Positions 9,950 to 19,159 of a stretch of 64,000 nt of DNA are shown here, in pieces; positions within the stretch are counted from its first letter, which is position 1; each line of letters begins with the position of its first letter. The stretch lies in IMG/VR virus record IMGVR_UViG_3300037067_012588. One strand, written 5' to 3'. Both the position numbers and the translations under genes were made by a program. The notes beneath the pieces are model-generated. The model ran no database searches. It worked only from the letters and a program-made list of their open reading frames with translations, and was not told the DNA's origin. The stretch comes from a virus (taxonomy: Duplodnaviria > Caudoviricetes).

Positions 9950-10375
9950 TTAACACACTCCTAAGAAAATAGTTTTCATTTCAGGTCGTGAAAAAACAAA
10001 CTCTTCTGGATGCTGATGCATCGCCTGACTCACGGCTTCGAATCCGTAGTCCTCGGCATCAGAACCGACTTCCAACATATAGAGATATGGAAACTCTTCT
10101 TTAAGAGCAACAACCTCACACGGAGGATTTTTTCCAAAGTTTTCAAGAACCCAATTCTCCCATGCACTCGCCTCCATAATTCCATCGACACATGGAAACG
10201 TGACTCGTTTAGCAGCCTTTTCGATAAAGACAGACCACGCACGAACAAACATCATGGCGACATCATTATCGTTCTCAAAGCAATCTATAATGTTCTCATT
10301 CGACAATGGCTGCTTCATCCCGATGATAAAGCTTGATGACGAACTATTGCTTACGAACCCCTGACGGGTTTTCAT
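9950..10375 (-). CDS. FVSNSSS-motif protein 7
   Basis: MKTRQGFVSNSSSSSFIIG. Confidence 0.85.
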   Translation of the reverse strand: MKTRQGFVSNSSSSSFIIGMKQPLSNENIIDCFENDNDVAMMFVRAWSVFIEKAAKRVTFPCVDGIMEASAWENWVLENFGKNPPCEVVALKEEFPYLYMLEVGSDAEDYGFEAVSQAMHQHPEEFVFSRPEMKTIFLGVC

Positions 10376-10493
10376 CTTTCTTCTCCTGCTGTTTTCGGTA
10401 ACAATCGGGACAAATAATCACCGCCCGAATAGAAAATCCTTCAGGGACAGGTGAAGATACAGGTTTTCCACACAACGTACACTTCAGACGCAT
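10344..10493 (-). CDS. small zinc-ribbon protein (49 aa, below the ORF-track cutoff)
   Basis: read manually: MRLKCTLCGKPVSSPVPEGFSIRAVIICPDCYRKQQ...; AAGGA RBS. Confidence 0.55.
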   Translation of the reverse strand: MRLKCTLCGKPVSSPVPEGFSIRAVIICPDCYRKQQEKKDENPSGVRKQ

Positions 10494-10502
10494 TGTGTTT
10501 CC

Positions 10503-10889
10503 TTACTCGTTAGAAGCTTCTCCATAGAGAAGATTAATCTTGTTGACAGGAACATCAACTCCAAGTTGCTTGAACTTGTTGCAAACAATCTCACGGGCAT
10601 CTGCTAAGGAATGTTTCTCAAGAATGCCCTTGGCTTCGAACCCACAATAAGACAATTCCATTGATTCGATTGCTTCATCGAGAGTGTTATTTTCGTATGA
10701 TGGATTACCAACAAAGGTAATTCCATCAACTTCTCCAACTCCAGAACTAAATACATCCTCAATTCCAGAAATACTCATCTGGCTTTTCTCAACAACTGCT
10801 CGGAATACTTTTTTTGCAAATCCGCTCGTCCCAACAATACAAAAACTCGTCGACGAACTGTTGCTGACAAAGCCGTTGCGTGTTTTCAT
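10503..10889 (-). CDS. FVSNSSS-motif protein 8
   Basis: MKTRNGFVSNSSSTSFCIVG. Confidence 0.85.
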   Translation of the reverse strand: MKTRNGFVSNSSSTSFCIVGTSGFAKKVFRAVVEKSQMSISGIEDVFSSGVGEVDGITFVGNPSYENNTLDEAIESMELSYCGFEAKGILEKHSLADAREIVCNKFKQLGVDVPVNKINLLYGEASNE

Positions 10890-10910
10890 GATACTTTCCT
10901 TTTTGACAAA

Positions 10911-11378
10911 TCAGTGATGACTAACCACAATGTTTGGAACATTATGGAAAATGTCTCCGTGCTCCAACATGCCATAATAATCCCCGTCTTCATCGCTGAA
11001 CATGAAAAAACAGATGTCCGAATCAGGATTTCCTCTGACGAAATCCATTACCGTTTCCTTTTCATATTTCCAACGAGGCTCATTCTCGTTATACTCAGAG
11101 TCAACAATAACACCCCCAACATCCTTGCCGCAATGCGGACAAGTGCATTTGATCTGAACAATTGCCGAATCATCTTCTGAGGAAATATTTCTGTGGAGAG
11201 TATCAAGGACCTCATCGACAGAATACTTCCCGACAAATTCATCTTTGTCAAACAACAACTTCTTCAGGCGAGCCTTCATTTTTTCTTTCGGAAGCTTCAC
11301 GGTCCCCTTGGGAAATGCAACGATAAAGCTTGACGAAGAGCTGTTGGATACAAATCCATTACGATGTTTCATATACAC
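10911..11378 (-). CDS. FVSNSSS-motif protein 9
   Basis: (MY)MKHRNGFVSNSSSSSFIVAF; CPHCG; C-terminal LEHGDIF...SHH. Confidence 0.85.
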   Translation of the reverse strand: MYMKHRNGFVSNSSSSSFIVAFPKGTVKLPKEKMKARLKKLLFDKDEFVGKYSVDEVLDTLHRNISSEDDSAIVQIKCTCPHCGKDVGGVIVDSEYNENEPRWKYEKETVMDFVRGNPDSDICFFMFSDEDGDYYGMLEHGDIFHNVPNIVVSHH

Positions 11379-11384
11379 TTCCTT

Positions 11385-12332
11385 TCACAACTGATTCATT
11401 ATACCCACGGTGTTATTAAAATCACACTTGAAATCCATGCAAAAATCACAACAGAGAGAATCCTTCGACGAGTTGTGTTCCTGAAACCAAGCACGACGGC
11501 TTTCCATCATCGAGTCGTCAACCTCGCCTATCGCAGCGCCTCCCTCACGAAGATACACAGCACAAGGATAGTGCTTTGTGCCCTTTATTGTGACATCGTC
11601 AAGGCTTAAGAAACAACGATTGCAGTCAGACGCCTCCAATCCACGCATACCCCTGCCGTTTGCGAACCTTGACGCCCTATAGCGAAGAATTCGATGCTTT
11701 CCAAACAAGTCTTCAACCCCAGACAGGTCAACCTTCGAAACATCGTTCTGGCTTGCCGTTCCAACCTTGATATCAGAAACACCAAGCTCGGAAATAAACC
11801 GAACAATCTTCGATGCCTCAGACATGTTCTTTTCGTCAAACACCGTTCCAATCTGGATATCTGAACGACAAGAAGCCAAAAACCGAATACAGCGGACAAC
11901 GTTGTCAAAATCCTGCTGCCTTTCACTCTCAACAGCGGTATCGAGAGAGATTGCAAACGAACGACATCCAGCCTGTACGATTTTTTCATAAAGGTCCAAA
12001 TCTGCCGAGCCATTCGTTGACATTCGAACAACAGGAATTCTCCATGCGGCATAAGACACAATATCGATAATATCCTGTCTTGTCATCGGTTCGCCACCAG
12101 TGATATGGTAATAGCGACACCCAAGACTTGCAACCTTATCAATGATTCGACAAATGCCTTCAAGTGACTGATCGTCATCCGAACAAAGGCAATTGCAATA
12201 CGAGCAACTGAAGTTACATTTTGCCGTAACAACATGCTCGCAGTATGTCAGCTTGTCAGACGAACCACAAGAAAGGCGATTCGCTCTTTCCAATGAGATT
12301 CCGTGGAATCCAAAATCGTCTAACCTTGTCAT
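11385..12332 (-). CDS. radical SAM protein with C-terminal auxiliary Cys cluster (twitch/SPASM-like)
   Basis: CNFSCSYC, ITGGEP, STNG, C-terminal C..C...YPC...CCDFC. Confidence 0.9.
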   Translation of the reverse strand: MTRLDDFGFHGISLERANRLSCGSSDKLTYCEHVVTAKCNFSCSYCNCLCSDDDQSLEGICRIIDKVASLGCRYYHITGGEPMTRQDIIDIVSYAAWRIPVVRMSTNGSADLDLYEKIVQAGCRSFAISLDTAVESERQQDFDNVVRCIRFLASCRSDIQIGTVFDEKNMSEASKIVRFISELGVSDIKVGTASQNDVSKVDLSGVEDLFGKHRILRYRASRFANGRGMRGLEASDCNRCFLSLDDVTIKGTKHYPCAVYLREGGAAIGEVDDSMMESRRAWFQEHNSSKDSLCCDFCMDFKCDFNNTVGIMNQL

Positions 12333-12341
12333 TTTGAAGCC

Positions 12342-13115
12342 TCACGTTCTGCGGACACAAACACCACACCGAGACAAATCTTCCTTGATTCCCGAACAGG
12401 TATAGCCCATGAAGTGAACCATACTCGCAACCAACACGGCGTCAGCATTGCCATCTACCAATACCCTTGCAAGATGCTGCGTCAAACCAGCTCCTCCAGA
12501 TGCTATTACTGGAATACAGACAGCATCTGAAACACACCTTGTCGCCTCAATGTCATACCCACATTTCGTTCCATCGGCATCGATAGAGTTAAGACAGATT
12601 TCACCAGCTCCCAAGCCTTCCACCTTTCGTGCCCAATCGAGCATGTCGAGTCCTGATGGAAGCAGACCACCGTTTGTCACAACCTCATACCCACTTGGAA
12701 ACTTCGAACAAACACTTCGCCGCACGTCCATCCCAACCACAATACATTGGCTTCCAAACGCCTTTGCTCCATCGGCGATGATTTCTGGTGTCCTGACAGC
12801 GATGGAATTTACCGACACCTTATCTGCACCAGCCAGTAATACCCTTCGCATGTCCTCAACACAACCTATTCCACCACCAACACAAAACGGAACAAAGACT
12901 TTCCTCGCCACTTCCTCCACCATGCCAATATCTATGGGGCGACCTTCCGATGATGCCGAGATGTCGTAAAACACCAACTCGTCAACATCGTCAGCGTAAT
13001 ACGCAGCCGCCATCTCGACAGGGTCTCCGATTTCAACGTTCTCCCGAAACTTGACTCCCTTAGTGACCCTTCTGTTTTTGACGTCAAGACAAACAATCAA
13101 GCGTTTTGACAGCAT
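12342..13115 (-). CDS. hisF: imidazole glycerol phosphate synthase cyclase subunit
   Basis: CLDV, KGVKF, GDPVE, VGGGI, GADKVSVNS, FGSQCIVVGMD, GAGEICLNSIDADGT..GYD, PVIASGGAG. Confidence 0.93.
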   Translation of the reverse strand: MLSKRLIVCLDVKNRRVTKGVKFRENVEIGDPVEMAAAYYADDVDELVFYDISASSEGRPIDIGMVEEVARKVFVPFCVGGGIGCVEDMRRVLLAGADKVSVNSIAVRTPEIIADGAKAFGSQCIVVGMDVRRSVCSKFPSGYEVVTNGGLLPSGLDMLDWARKVEGLGAGEICLNSIDADGTKCGYDIEATRCVSDAVCIPVIASGGAGLTQHLARVLVDGNADAVLVASMVHFMGYTCSGIKEDLSRCGVCVRRT

Positions 13116-13124
13116 TTTGAAGCC

Positions 13125-14135
13125 TCATTTCAGTGCCGCACGGATACTCTCAAAGAGCTGTTTCGCCAGAAGCGAAGGGATACCGCCGCCGCAGCACGCA
13201 TACTGTTTCTGAAGAGGGATATCATCATCAAAAACAAAGCTGTCTGGTGCTGTTTGGATTCGCAAGCTCTCCCGAATAGTGAAGCGACGATTCCCATACA
13301 ACTGAACACTGTGCTTCCCCATGACATGCGACATCACCGTGAAAGCAGGTTCTTCAGGGTCAACCTTTCGCAGATACGTTGTCTTGCCGCCCGGCGAAGA
13401 AAAAGCGTTCTTCATGAATGCCTTCTGGTCTGCAAGCGGAAGGTCTTTCCAATTCCCACCGTCAGGAACCTTGTGGGCAAACGGCTTCTCATCGTTCCGC
13501 AGGTCAAACCCATAGTGGTTGTTGACACCATCAGGAACAGGCGACAAGCCAACCAGTGCTTCTCGGACGCAAACCTTCTGCGCTGCCTTTGCTGGCCACT
13601 GGAAGCCTTTGTCCAAGTTTGGCTTTATCCCGATGATAATCACTCGCTCTCTCTTCTGAGGAACGCCATAATCCGCAGCGTTCAAAAGTCCAGAATAGAT
13701 GTTGTAACCGAACCCTCCAAGTTTTTTCTTCAAGTCGTTGAAGAACTCAGCGTGTGACTTTGAAGCCAAGCCCTTCACGTTTTCAAGAAGAAAGAACTTC
13801 GGCTCTTTTTGCCTGATGATTTCCAAGGCGACATAGCCGAGCGTTCCGTATCGAGAGTCATTTACCCCGAGTCGCTTGCCGCTTGTCGAAAAAGAATTGC
13901 AGGGGAACCCAGCCATGACACCGTCTGTAAACGGCAAGTCTTTCGCTACATCGAGCTTCTTCGCATCCAGCACATGAGCGACAGGATGAACGTTCTTGTT
14001 GAACACACGAACCGACACAAGGTCGTTGTCAAACGCAAAAACTGTCTGAAAACCAGCAGCCTTTGCACCAAAAGCACCAATGCCAGCCCCGCAGAAACAA
14101 TCAAGAACCGTCAACATTTTCATCACCATCTCCAA
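13125..14135 (-). CDS. dcm: DNA cytosine-C5 methyltransferase
   Basis: FCGAG (I), GFPCNSFS (IV), ENVKG (VI), PQKRERV (VIII); motif X divergent. Confidence 0.92.
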   Translation of the reverse strand: MEMVMKMLTVLDCFCGAGIGAFGAKAAGFQTVFAFDNDLVSVRVFNKNVHPVAHVLDAKKLDVAKDLPFTDGVMAGFPCNSFSTSGKRLGVNDSRYGTLGYVALEIIRQKEPKFFLLENVKGLASKSHAEFFNDLKKKLGGFGYNIYSGLLNAADYGVPQKRERVIIIGIKPNLDKGFQWPAKAAQKVCVREALVGLSPVPDGVNNHYGFDLRNDEKPFAHKVPDGGNWKDLPLADQKAFMKNAFSSPGGKTTYLRKVDPEEPAFTVMSHVMGKHSVQLYGNRRFTIRESLRIQTAPDSFVFDDDIPLQKQYACCGGGIPSLLAKQLFESIRAALK

Positions 14136-14324
14136 TTATAACCTACCCCATGTCGAGTAGTCCGCTTCTGTGCGAGGTCCTTCATCGTCGTGCGGAAAAT
14201 CAACCTTGTCACTCAACCTATCCTTGTGTTCGTTGCAGGCAAAGTAAACCATGTTGAACGTGTGGCATTTCCACTTTGCTCTTTTTCCACATGAACACTT
14301 TGCCTTACCACTATACTTTTCCAT
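14136..14324 (-). CDS. small zinc-binding hypothetical protein
   Basis: CSCG...ACNEH; C-terminal TEADY.TW. Confidence 0.55.
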   Translation of the reverse strand: MEKYSGKAKCSCGKRAKWKCHTFNMVYFACNEHKDRLSDKVDFPHDDEGPRTEADYSTWGRL

Positions 14325-14394
14325 CCTTCCTGCTACTCCTCTTTGATAACAACGAACAGTCTAAATGACCCTTTGCGCCTCAGAAAGAACAACG

Positions 14395-15930
14395 TCATTC
14401 TCCGACATTGATTTCAGGAAAAGCAATACAACGACGGCATCCATCACACTCACGCACCGAACAGAGCAACTTCTGACGCCACGACTCAACACGAGGATGA
14501 TGCCAGACATTGTCGAAAGGCTCATCATCGAGAACCGAAATCCCCTGACCGTCCATCCACTCGCCATCGCCTTCGCAGAAGCTGCAAGGGTAAAACTCAC
14601 CCTTCTGGTTGATGTACGAACTGAACAACGTCGACTCGCAACTCTCAACCACATTCAGGAGCGCTTGCTTTTGCTCATCGGAAATCTGCATCTTCTTCAC
14701 AACATCGGCAAACTTCGGAGCAGAACAAGAATCGAATCCGATACGAACACCCATGTTCATACAGCCGACAGCAAGTGTTGCAAACTTCTCGAACGACAAA
14801 GGGGTGAAGCTTCCCTTTGCCCGACCCTTCGGTTTGACTCCGAGGAAAACGATGCAATTCATCTTGGCAAGGCGAGGGTCACGAATCTTGTCCATGACGA
14901 TTTCCTTGACGAAATCATACGTCTGTTCACTGACCATAGCATGAATATTCACTTGTTTCATGCCCCTGTCCGTCAGCATCTTGATGGTATTGTATCCGAC
15001 ATTCTTGTCGGTCTGATAAACCGATACGGCAACAGCCCCACAGGTCGCCGCAATCTTATCGGCGATTTCCTCGGTGATGTCGATACCAGAAAGCGTGAAG
15101 TTCGGAACAACACCTTTCTCCCGGCTGTATTCCATCATACGGAAGAAGTCAGGATTCGTCTGAACACCCGTAATGCCGAACGCAATCTGCGTCAGTGTCT
15201 TGGGCATCTTGTCGAGAATCTTCTTGAACGTATCAAACGTCATGTTTTCTGCAGGGGTGTTGGAGTTGCCCTTGTAGCAATTATGAACGAGAAGTCCATT
15301 CGCAAAAAAAACATGGTCTGGGCTACAACCAATGTCGTAAACAGTTCCCTTGAATGGTGTCTTAACAATGTTCTTGATCTTCACCTTTGTGTCTCCTATA
15401 AGAACAACATCGTCATTGGGAGACAAATCACCAGCCCGAACTTCCTTGCCAGTGGCAAGCATAACCATGTGGTCTTCTGTCATTTCAACAATACGACCAC
15501 CTTCCAACTCAACAACAACCATAAGTCCGTCATATTCTCGACTGTGAAGCTGCTCAACCGTTTCTTCACGGACAGAACTGGTTGCAAAATTGAATCCAAA
15601 AACCTTGTCTCCCGCTCGGAGGTCTTCAATGTTCACCAGTCCAGACGGGGTATTCACAGGAACCCCTGCTGGCAAACAGAAGCGACAGTTGTTCGGACAA
15701 CCATTCACACTAATTTCGAGATCAAGAATCTCAGGACCAACAGGAAGCCACGAAGGGTCTTCGTCTTCTGTCTTTCCCCATCGGGAAAACTCCCCCGTCA
15801 GCTTGTCGAAGCGGGAGTGAAACGAACCATCGGTCGCATCGACAGTTTTGCTTGTTGCTGTATCCTGAATGACATACAGATGCCCATGCGTCTCATACAT
15901 GTATTCACGATTCACAAATTCATGATTCAT
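14395..15930 (-). CDS. radical SAM/SPASM protein interrupted by a mini-intein
   Basis: spliced motif CPNNCRFCYK; SPASM-like CESTLFSSYINQKGEFYPCSF...CDGCRRC. Confidence 0.9.
   Translation of the reverse strand: MNHEFVNREYMYETHGHLYVIQDTATSKTVDATDGSFHSRFDKLTGEFSRWGKTEDEDPSWLPVGPEILDLEISVNGCPNNCRFCLPAGVPVNTPSGLVNIEDLRAGDKVFGFNFATSSVREETVEQLHSREYDGLMVVVELEGGRIVEMTEDHMVMLATGKEVRAGDLSPNDDVVLIGDTKVKIKNIVKTPFKGTVYDIGCSPDHVFFANGLLVHNCYKGNSNTPAENMTFDTFKKILDKMPKTLTQIAFGITGVQTNPDFFRMMEYSREKGVVPNFTLSGIDITEEIADKIAATCGAVAVSVYQTDKNVGYNTIKMLTDRGMKQVNIHAMVSEQTYDFVKEIVMDKIRDPRLAKMNCIVFLGVKPKGRAKGSFTPLSFEKFATLAVGCMNMGVRIGFDSCSAPKFADVVKKMQISDEQKQALLNVVESCESTLFSSYINQKGEFYPCSFCEGDGEWMDGQGISVLDDEPFDNVWHHPRVESWRQKLLCSVRECDGCRRCIAFPEINVGE
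15280..15678 (-). mobile_element. mini-intein (133 aa, Hint domain, no homing endonuclease)
   Basis: N-terminal CLPAG, block B MTEDH, block F VYDIGCSPDHVFFANG, C-terminal VHN followed by Cys+1. Confidence 0.92.
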
Positions 15931-15935
15931 GTTTT

Positions 15936-16298
15936 CTATTCCTTTTCGATATGTTTGCCTTCAGACCACGCCTTGAAAAGATTGAGAAAATCGCCACGAC
16001 AGCTTTTGCAACAACGAACGTTGAACAAGCTCTTTTCCAGCAATCGCACGGCGGGAATCGGAACCTGTTTACAGTCGATGGTCGTCAGGCTTCCTTTGAC
16101 ATCGCTGACAAATAAGCTATCAACCGTTCCAGCAGGATAGCGTTTCGTTCTTGCGAGATACTTTATATCTTCGGGAACTTCTGTCAACACAGTTTCAACA
16201 ACGGCGCTCGGAACAAGCTCCCTTATCTCGTAAAGACACTCAACACCAACGTGTCGCATGTCTTCGCATTCTCCACCACAAATCGGACATTTTTCCAT
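15936..16298 (-). CDS. zinc-ribbon hypothetical protein
   Basis: CPICG...CKSCR. Confidence 0.6.
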   Translation of the reverse strand: MEKCPICGGECEDMRHVGVECLYEIRELVPSAVVETVLTEVPEDIKYLARTKRYPAGTVDSLFVSDVKGSLTTIDCKQVPIPAVRLLEKSLFNVRCCKSCRGDFLNLFKAWSEGKHIEKE

Positions 16299-16387
16299 GT
16301 GGGTATCCCTTAAACAACGACCTCTCGAAAATCACTTTCAAAAGGTCATCGTCTTCATCTCAAGAAATTTGGAGAAAATCTTGAAAA

Positions 16388-16765
16388 TCAACTTCCGCCA
16401 CTCAAAATCTTGAGAGCCTTTTCTCCATCAAGCGCAACGATAGAGCCATCGCCATCACTAACAGAAATAGTTGCAACAACAAAATCTGAAAGAACATCTT
16501 GAATGAGGGCAAAGAAATCACCATGCCCGTATTCAGGAAGCTCATACGAACAAAAACCACAACCATCCACGATTGACTTTTTAATGACTTGGTTCATTTT
16601 CTTTGCGACAAAATCAACTCCGCCGATTTCTTTGACGTATTTCTTCTTCCAGTCATCGTTGTCAAATCCAGACAACATTTCCTTTGTTACCTTGAAATCC
16701 TTCCTTAAGGCGACAACGAAAGATGTTGAGCTGGAATTCGAAACAAACCCATCACGATACTTCAT
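16388..16765 (-). CDS. FVSNSSS-motif protein 10
   Basis: MKYRDGFVSNSSSTSFVVA, GGAGG RBS before 16765. Confidence 0.85.
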   Translation of the reverse strand: MKYRDGFVSNSSSTSFVVALRKDFKVTKEMLSGFDNDDWKKKYVKEIGGVDFVAKKMNQVIKKSIVDGCGFCSYELPEYGHGDFFALIQDVLSDFVVATISVSDGDGSIVALDGEKALKILSGGS

Positions 16766-18227
16766 TTTCAACCTCCCTTGCTGCCTGTTGCTCAATGCTC
16801 TGAATAATACGAGAAGCACCGTATCCTTGACTTACACGGACAAACTTGCACCTCAACCCATCACACGCTGTACTGAGAACGTTCTCAACGTTATGTCCAC
16901 ACAGACTCGTTATCTCGACAATGATATCAACCGTTCCATTTTTTGCTCGCTCTGCGAGTGAATTCAGATTCCCAGCAGCGTTTCGCCAACTTGAGACCCA
17001 CTCCAAAGAATCAACTCCAAAAAGCTTTTCCATTTTGAATCGACGGTCTTCCCGTGAAACACCTCCAACAAGAACGACCTTCTTTCCCTTGAGGTATTCC
17101 ATGCCCTTTGGAAACTGCTTAGTCAGATACTCAATCGTCAAGCCACCGCCGAGCTTCGTGAGGTTCCTGCGCAAGGCACGGAATACTTCTCCGACAAACA
17201 ACTCTTCACAACCATCAAGAATATCAAGAAGAGTCTCGTCGTCAGGACTGACATCCTTGAGGATTGTTTCAGTAAGCGAAAGAATCTTTTCAACATTCTC
17301 TTCTGAACGAGAAGTCTGAACAAGATCACGAAGAGCCTCCATCAATGATGCACAGTTTTCCCTCGCAACTATACGCCTCTCCTTTTCCTCATCGGCACGT
17401 TTCTTGCGTTCTTCTTCCATTCGCTCCCTATCAACACGGGTATGCAAAGCCTCAGCAAATGCTTCAGTTGCGTCCTTGACGTACTGACCCCAATCACAAA
17501 CATGGGAACGATTCATCGCCTCAATGAATCCAGGACGATACATTCCACTCATTTCACCGAGAGCTCCAAATATCTGCTTGACACGGCTCTTGTCATCTAA
17601 CGATAGTTCTCGGTTGTCCTGAATCTCACGAACACGTCCAGCAAGAATCTTTATCATGTTGAGTCGTTCAGAGTTCGACATATCTGTAATATCAACCATG
17701 AGTTGTTTTGTCTCTTCGCCGATTTCCTTCAACAACTGAGTTGTTCGGATTGGCATACCAGATTCGTAACCCTGAATATCAACATTGAGGTCATCGGCGT
17801 CTTTCCTGACTTGCTCAAGATACTGCATAGCGGATTCAAATTCTTTCTTGGAATTCTCAAGATCATCTGATGCTTTTCGACAAACCAGAGAAGCCTCTTC
17901 ATAAGACGTATTGAATTCTTTTTCTGCCATCGAAATCTTCATTTCCGCATCTTCAACTTCATTTCGTTGAAGATGCAATAATCCTTTGAGTTTTTCTCGC
18001 AAACATCTTAATTTTTCACCCATCTGTACTTTTGCTTCTTCTGGGTCGCCGTATTTCTCGTGTGCCAAGCGCATCTCTTCAACAGCTTTTTCCAATTTCG
18101 TTTTTGCATTCCCGAACGATTTCATAGCAATTTCCATAAGGTCTGCTATTAGCTGCTGACGGCTTTTTTCTTCGAGCGAATCGACTAACGATTCCAACTC
18201 AGACAATGAGCCTAACAAGATACCCAT
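16752..18227 (-). CDS. coiled-coil protein with C-terminal DUF2325-like domain
   Basis: long heptad region; KKVVLVGG...EWV...DIIVEITSLCGH...C...FVRV..GYGAS. Confidence 0.7.
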   Translation of the reverse strand: MGILLGSLSELESLVDSLEEKSRQQLIADLMEIAMKSFGNAKTKLEKAVEEMRLAHEKYGDPEEAKVQMGEKLRCLREKLKGLLHLQRNEVEDAEMKISMAEKEFNTSYEEASLVCRKASDDLENSKKEFESAMQYLEQVRKDADDLNVDIQGYESGMPIRTTQLLKEIGEETKQLMVDITDMSNSERLNMIKILAGRVREIQDNRELSLDDKSRVKQIFGALGEMSGMYRPGFIEAMNRSHVCDWGQYVKDATEAFAEALHTRVDRERMEEERKKRADEEKERRIVARENCASLMEALRDLVQTSRSEENVEKILSLTETILKDVSPDDETLLDILDGCEELFVGEVFRALRRNLTKLGGGLTIEYLTKQFPKGMEYLKGKKVVLVGGVSREDRRFKMEKLFGVDSLEWVSSWRNAAGNLNSLAERAKNGTVDIIVEITSLCGHNVENVLSTACDGLRCKFVRVSQGYGASRIIQSIEQQAAREVENEVS

Positions 18228-18317
18228 CTCTCTTTTCCTTTTCAAAAAATAACGCCTTAAATGTGTAGCCTTAAACATCAAACCAACATACCACATGAAG
18301 TCTAAAAAGACAAGAAC

Positions 18318-18602
18318 TCATTCCTCCAAAAAAAAATGCTCAAGCAAATACCTACACTTCTTCGGAATGGAGCTCTTTCCAGTCACATACGGAAATCTCC
18401 TCCTGTATTTATCCCATCGATGAACAGCTTTGTTCCTATTCCATATTGGACAAGAGACTAACTCAAATCCAAGAATAGACCATGATTTACTTACAGAGTC
18501 ATATGTTGGATTTCCAGAGTGAACACACCCAGCGATAGACAAACATTTCTCGCAAATCTTGTCATGCTCAGGATTAGTCTTCACACCGCATCCACCTTTC
18601 AT
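18318..18602 (-). CDS. Cys4 CP[YF]xxE[HQ]-family protein
   Basis: ICEKC...SCPIW...CRYLLEH. Confidence 0.6.
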   Translation of the reverse strand: MKGGCGVKTNPEHDKICEKCLSIAGCVHSGNPTYDSVSKSWSILGFELVSCPIWNRNKAVHRWDKYRRRFPYVTGKSSIPKKCRYLLEHFFLEE

Positions 18603-19152
18603 CCAAAATACTAAATATTTCTTCGATGCTTATCGGGAGAAAATTATGAACATCCACTCCAACATCGACCGAGCTATATCTCGGAGAAGGTGACGGACAA
18701 CCATGACAATGTCCGTGAAGATGAACATGAGGACGTGACGGAAGAAGGTCTAAGGCAAGCGGACGATGATTCAGGACGAAAAAGAACCCGTCTATCTCGG
18801 TAATCAGCAAACCGCTCTTGACGCTTTCAAATCCTGCATTTATTACGGTGTTCTTTCTGTCATGATTACCCAAGACCAAATGGATTTTTCCATTCAATCT
18901 ATCCCGTATCTTTTTGAGGTTTTTCCCAAATGAAAAATCACCGAGGTGGTAAACAGTATCCTCAGCACCAACAACACTATTCCACTTGGCAATCAACGCC
19001 TCATTCATCTCAAGAGTTCGAGCATCCTTGATTTCTCTAGAAACCCATTCTCCAGAATCGTCCAAGTCTCCATTACGAATCCACGGACGCCCGCACATCT
19101 TTATGATGTTTCCGTGATAGAAATGAGTATCGCTTGTGAAGAATGTATCCAT
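18574..19152 (-). CDS. calcineurin-like metallophosphoesterase
   Basis: SDTHF.H, HLGDF, LGNHD, HLHGHCH, VDVGVD. Confidence 0.92.
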   Translation of the reverse strand: MDTFFTSDTHFYHGNIIKMCGRPWIRNGDLDDSGEWVSREIKDARTLEMNEALIAKWNSVVGAEDTVYHLGDFSFGKNLKKIRDRLNGKIHLVLGNHDRKNTVINAGFESVKSGLLITEIDGFFFVLNHRPLALDLLPSRPHVHLHGHCHGCPSPSPRYSSVDVGVDVHNFLPISIEEIFSILDERWMRCED

Positions 19153-19159
19153 GAGTTCC

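Noticed and set aside
7206-11378. FVSNSSS N-termini as type IV prepilin signal peptides
   Set aside because: The basic-G|F start fits, but there is no Glu+5 or hydrophobic helix; kept only as an alternative hypothesis.
7206-11378. Ser-rich N-termini as a DNA repeat or CRISPR-like array
   Set aside because: Synonymous codons differ among copies and spacing is gene-length; conservation is at the protein level.
11385-12332. Calling this gene moaA
   Set aside because: It lacks the MoaA C-terminal GG motif, and no molybdopterin genes are nearby.
14365-16140. 591-aa plus-strand ORF and other long plus-strand ORFs (e.g. 1629-2456, 27327-28046, 35425-36144, 61583-62293)
   Set aside because: They are antisense shadows of well-supported minus-strand genes, with no recognisable motifs or RBS.
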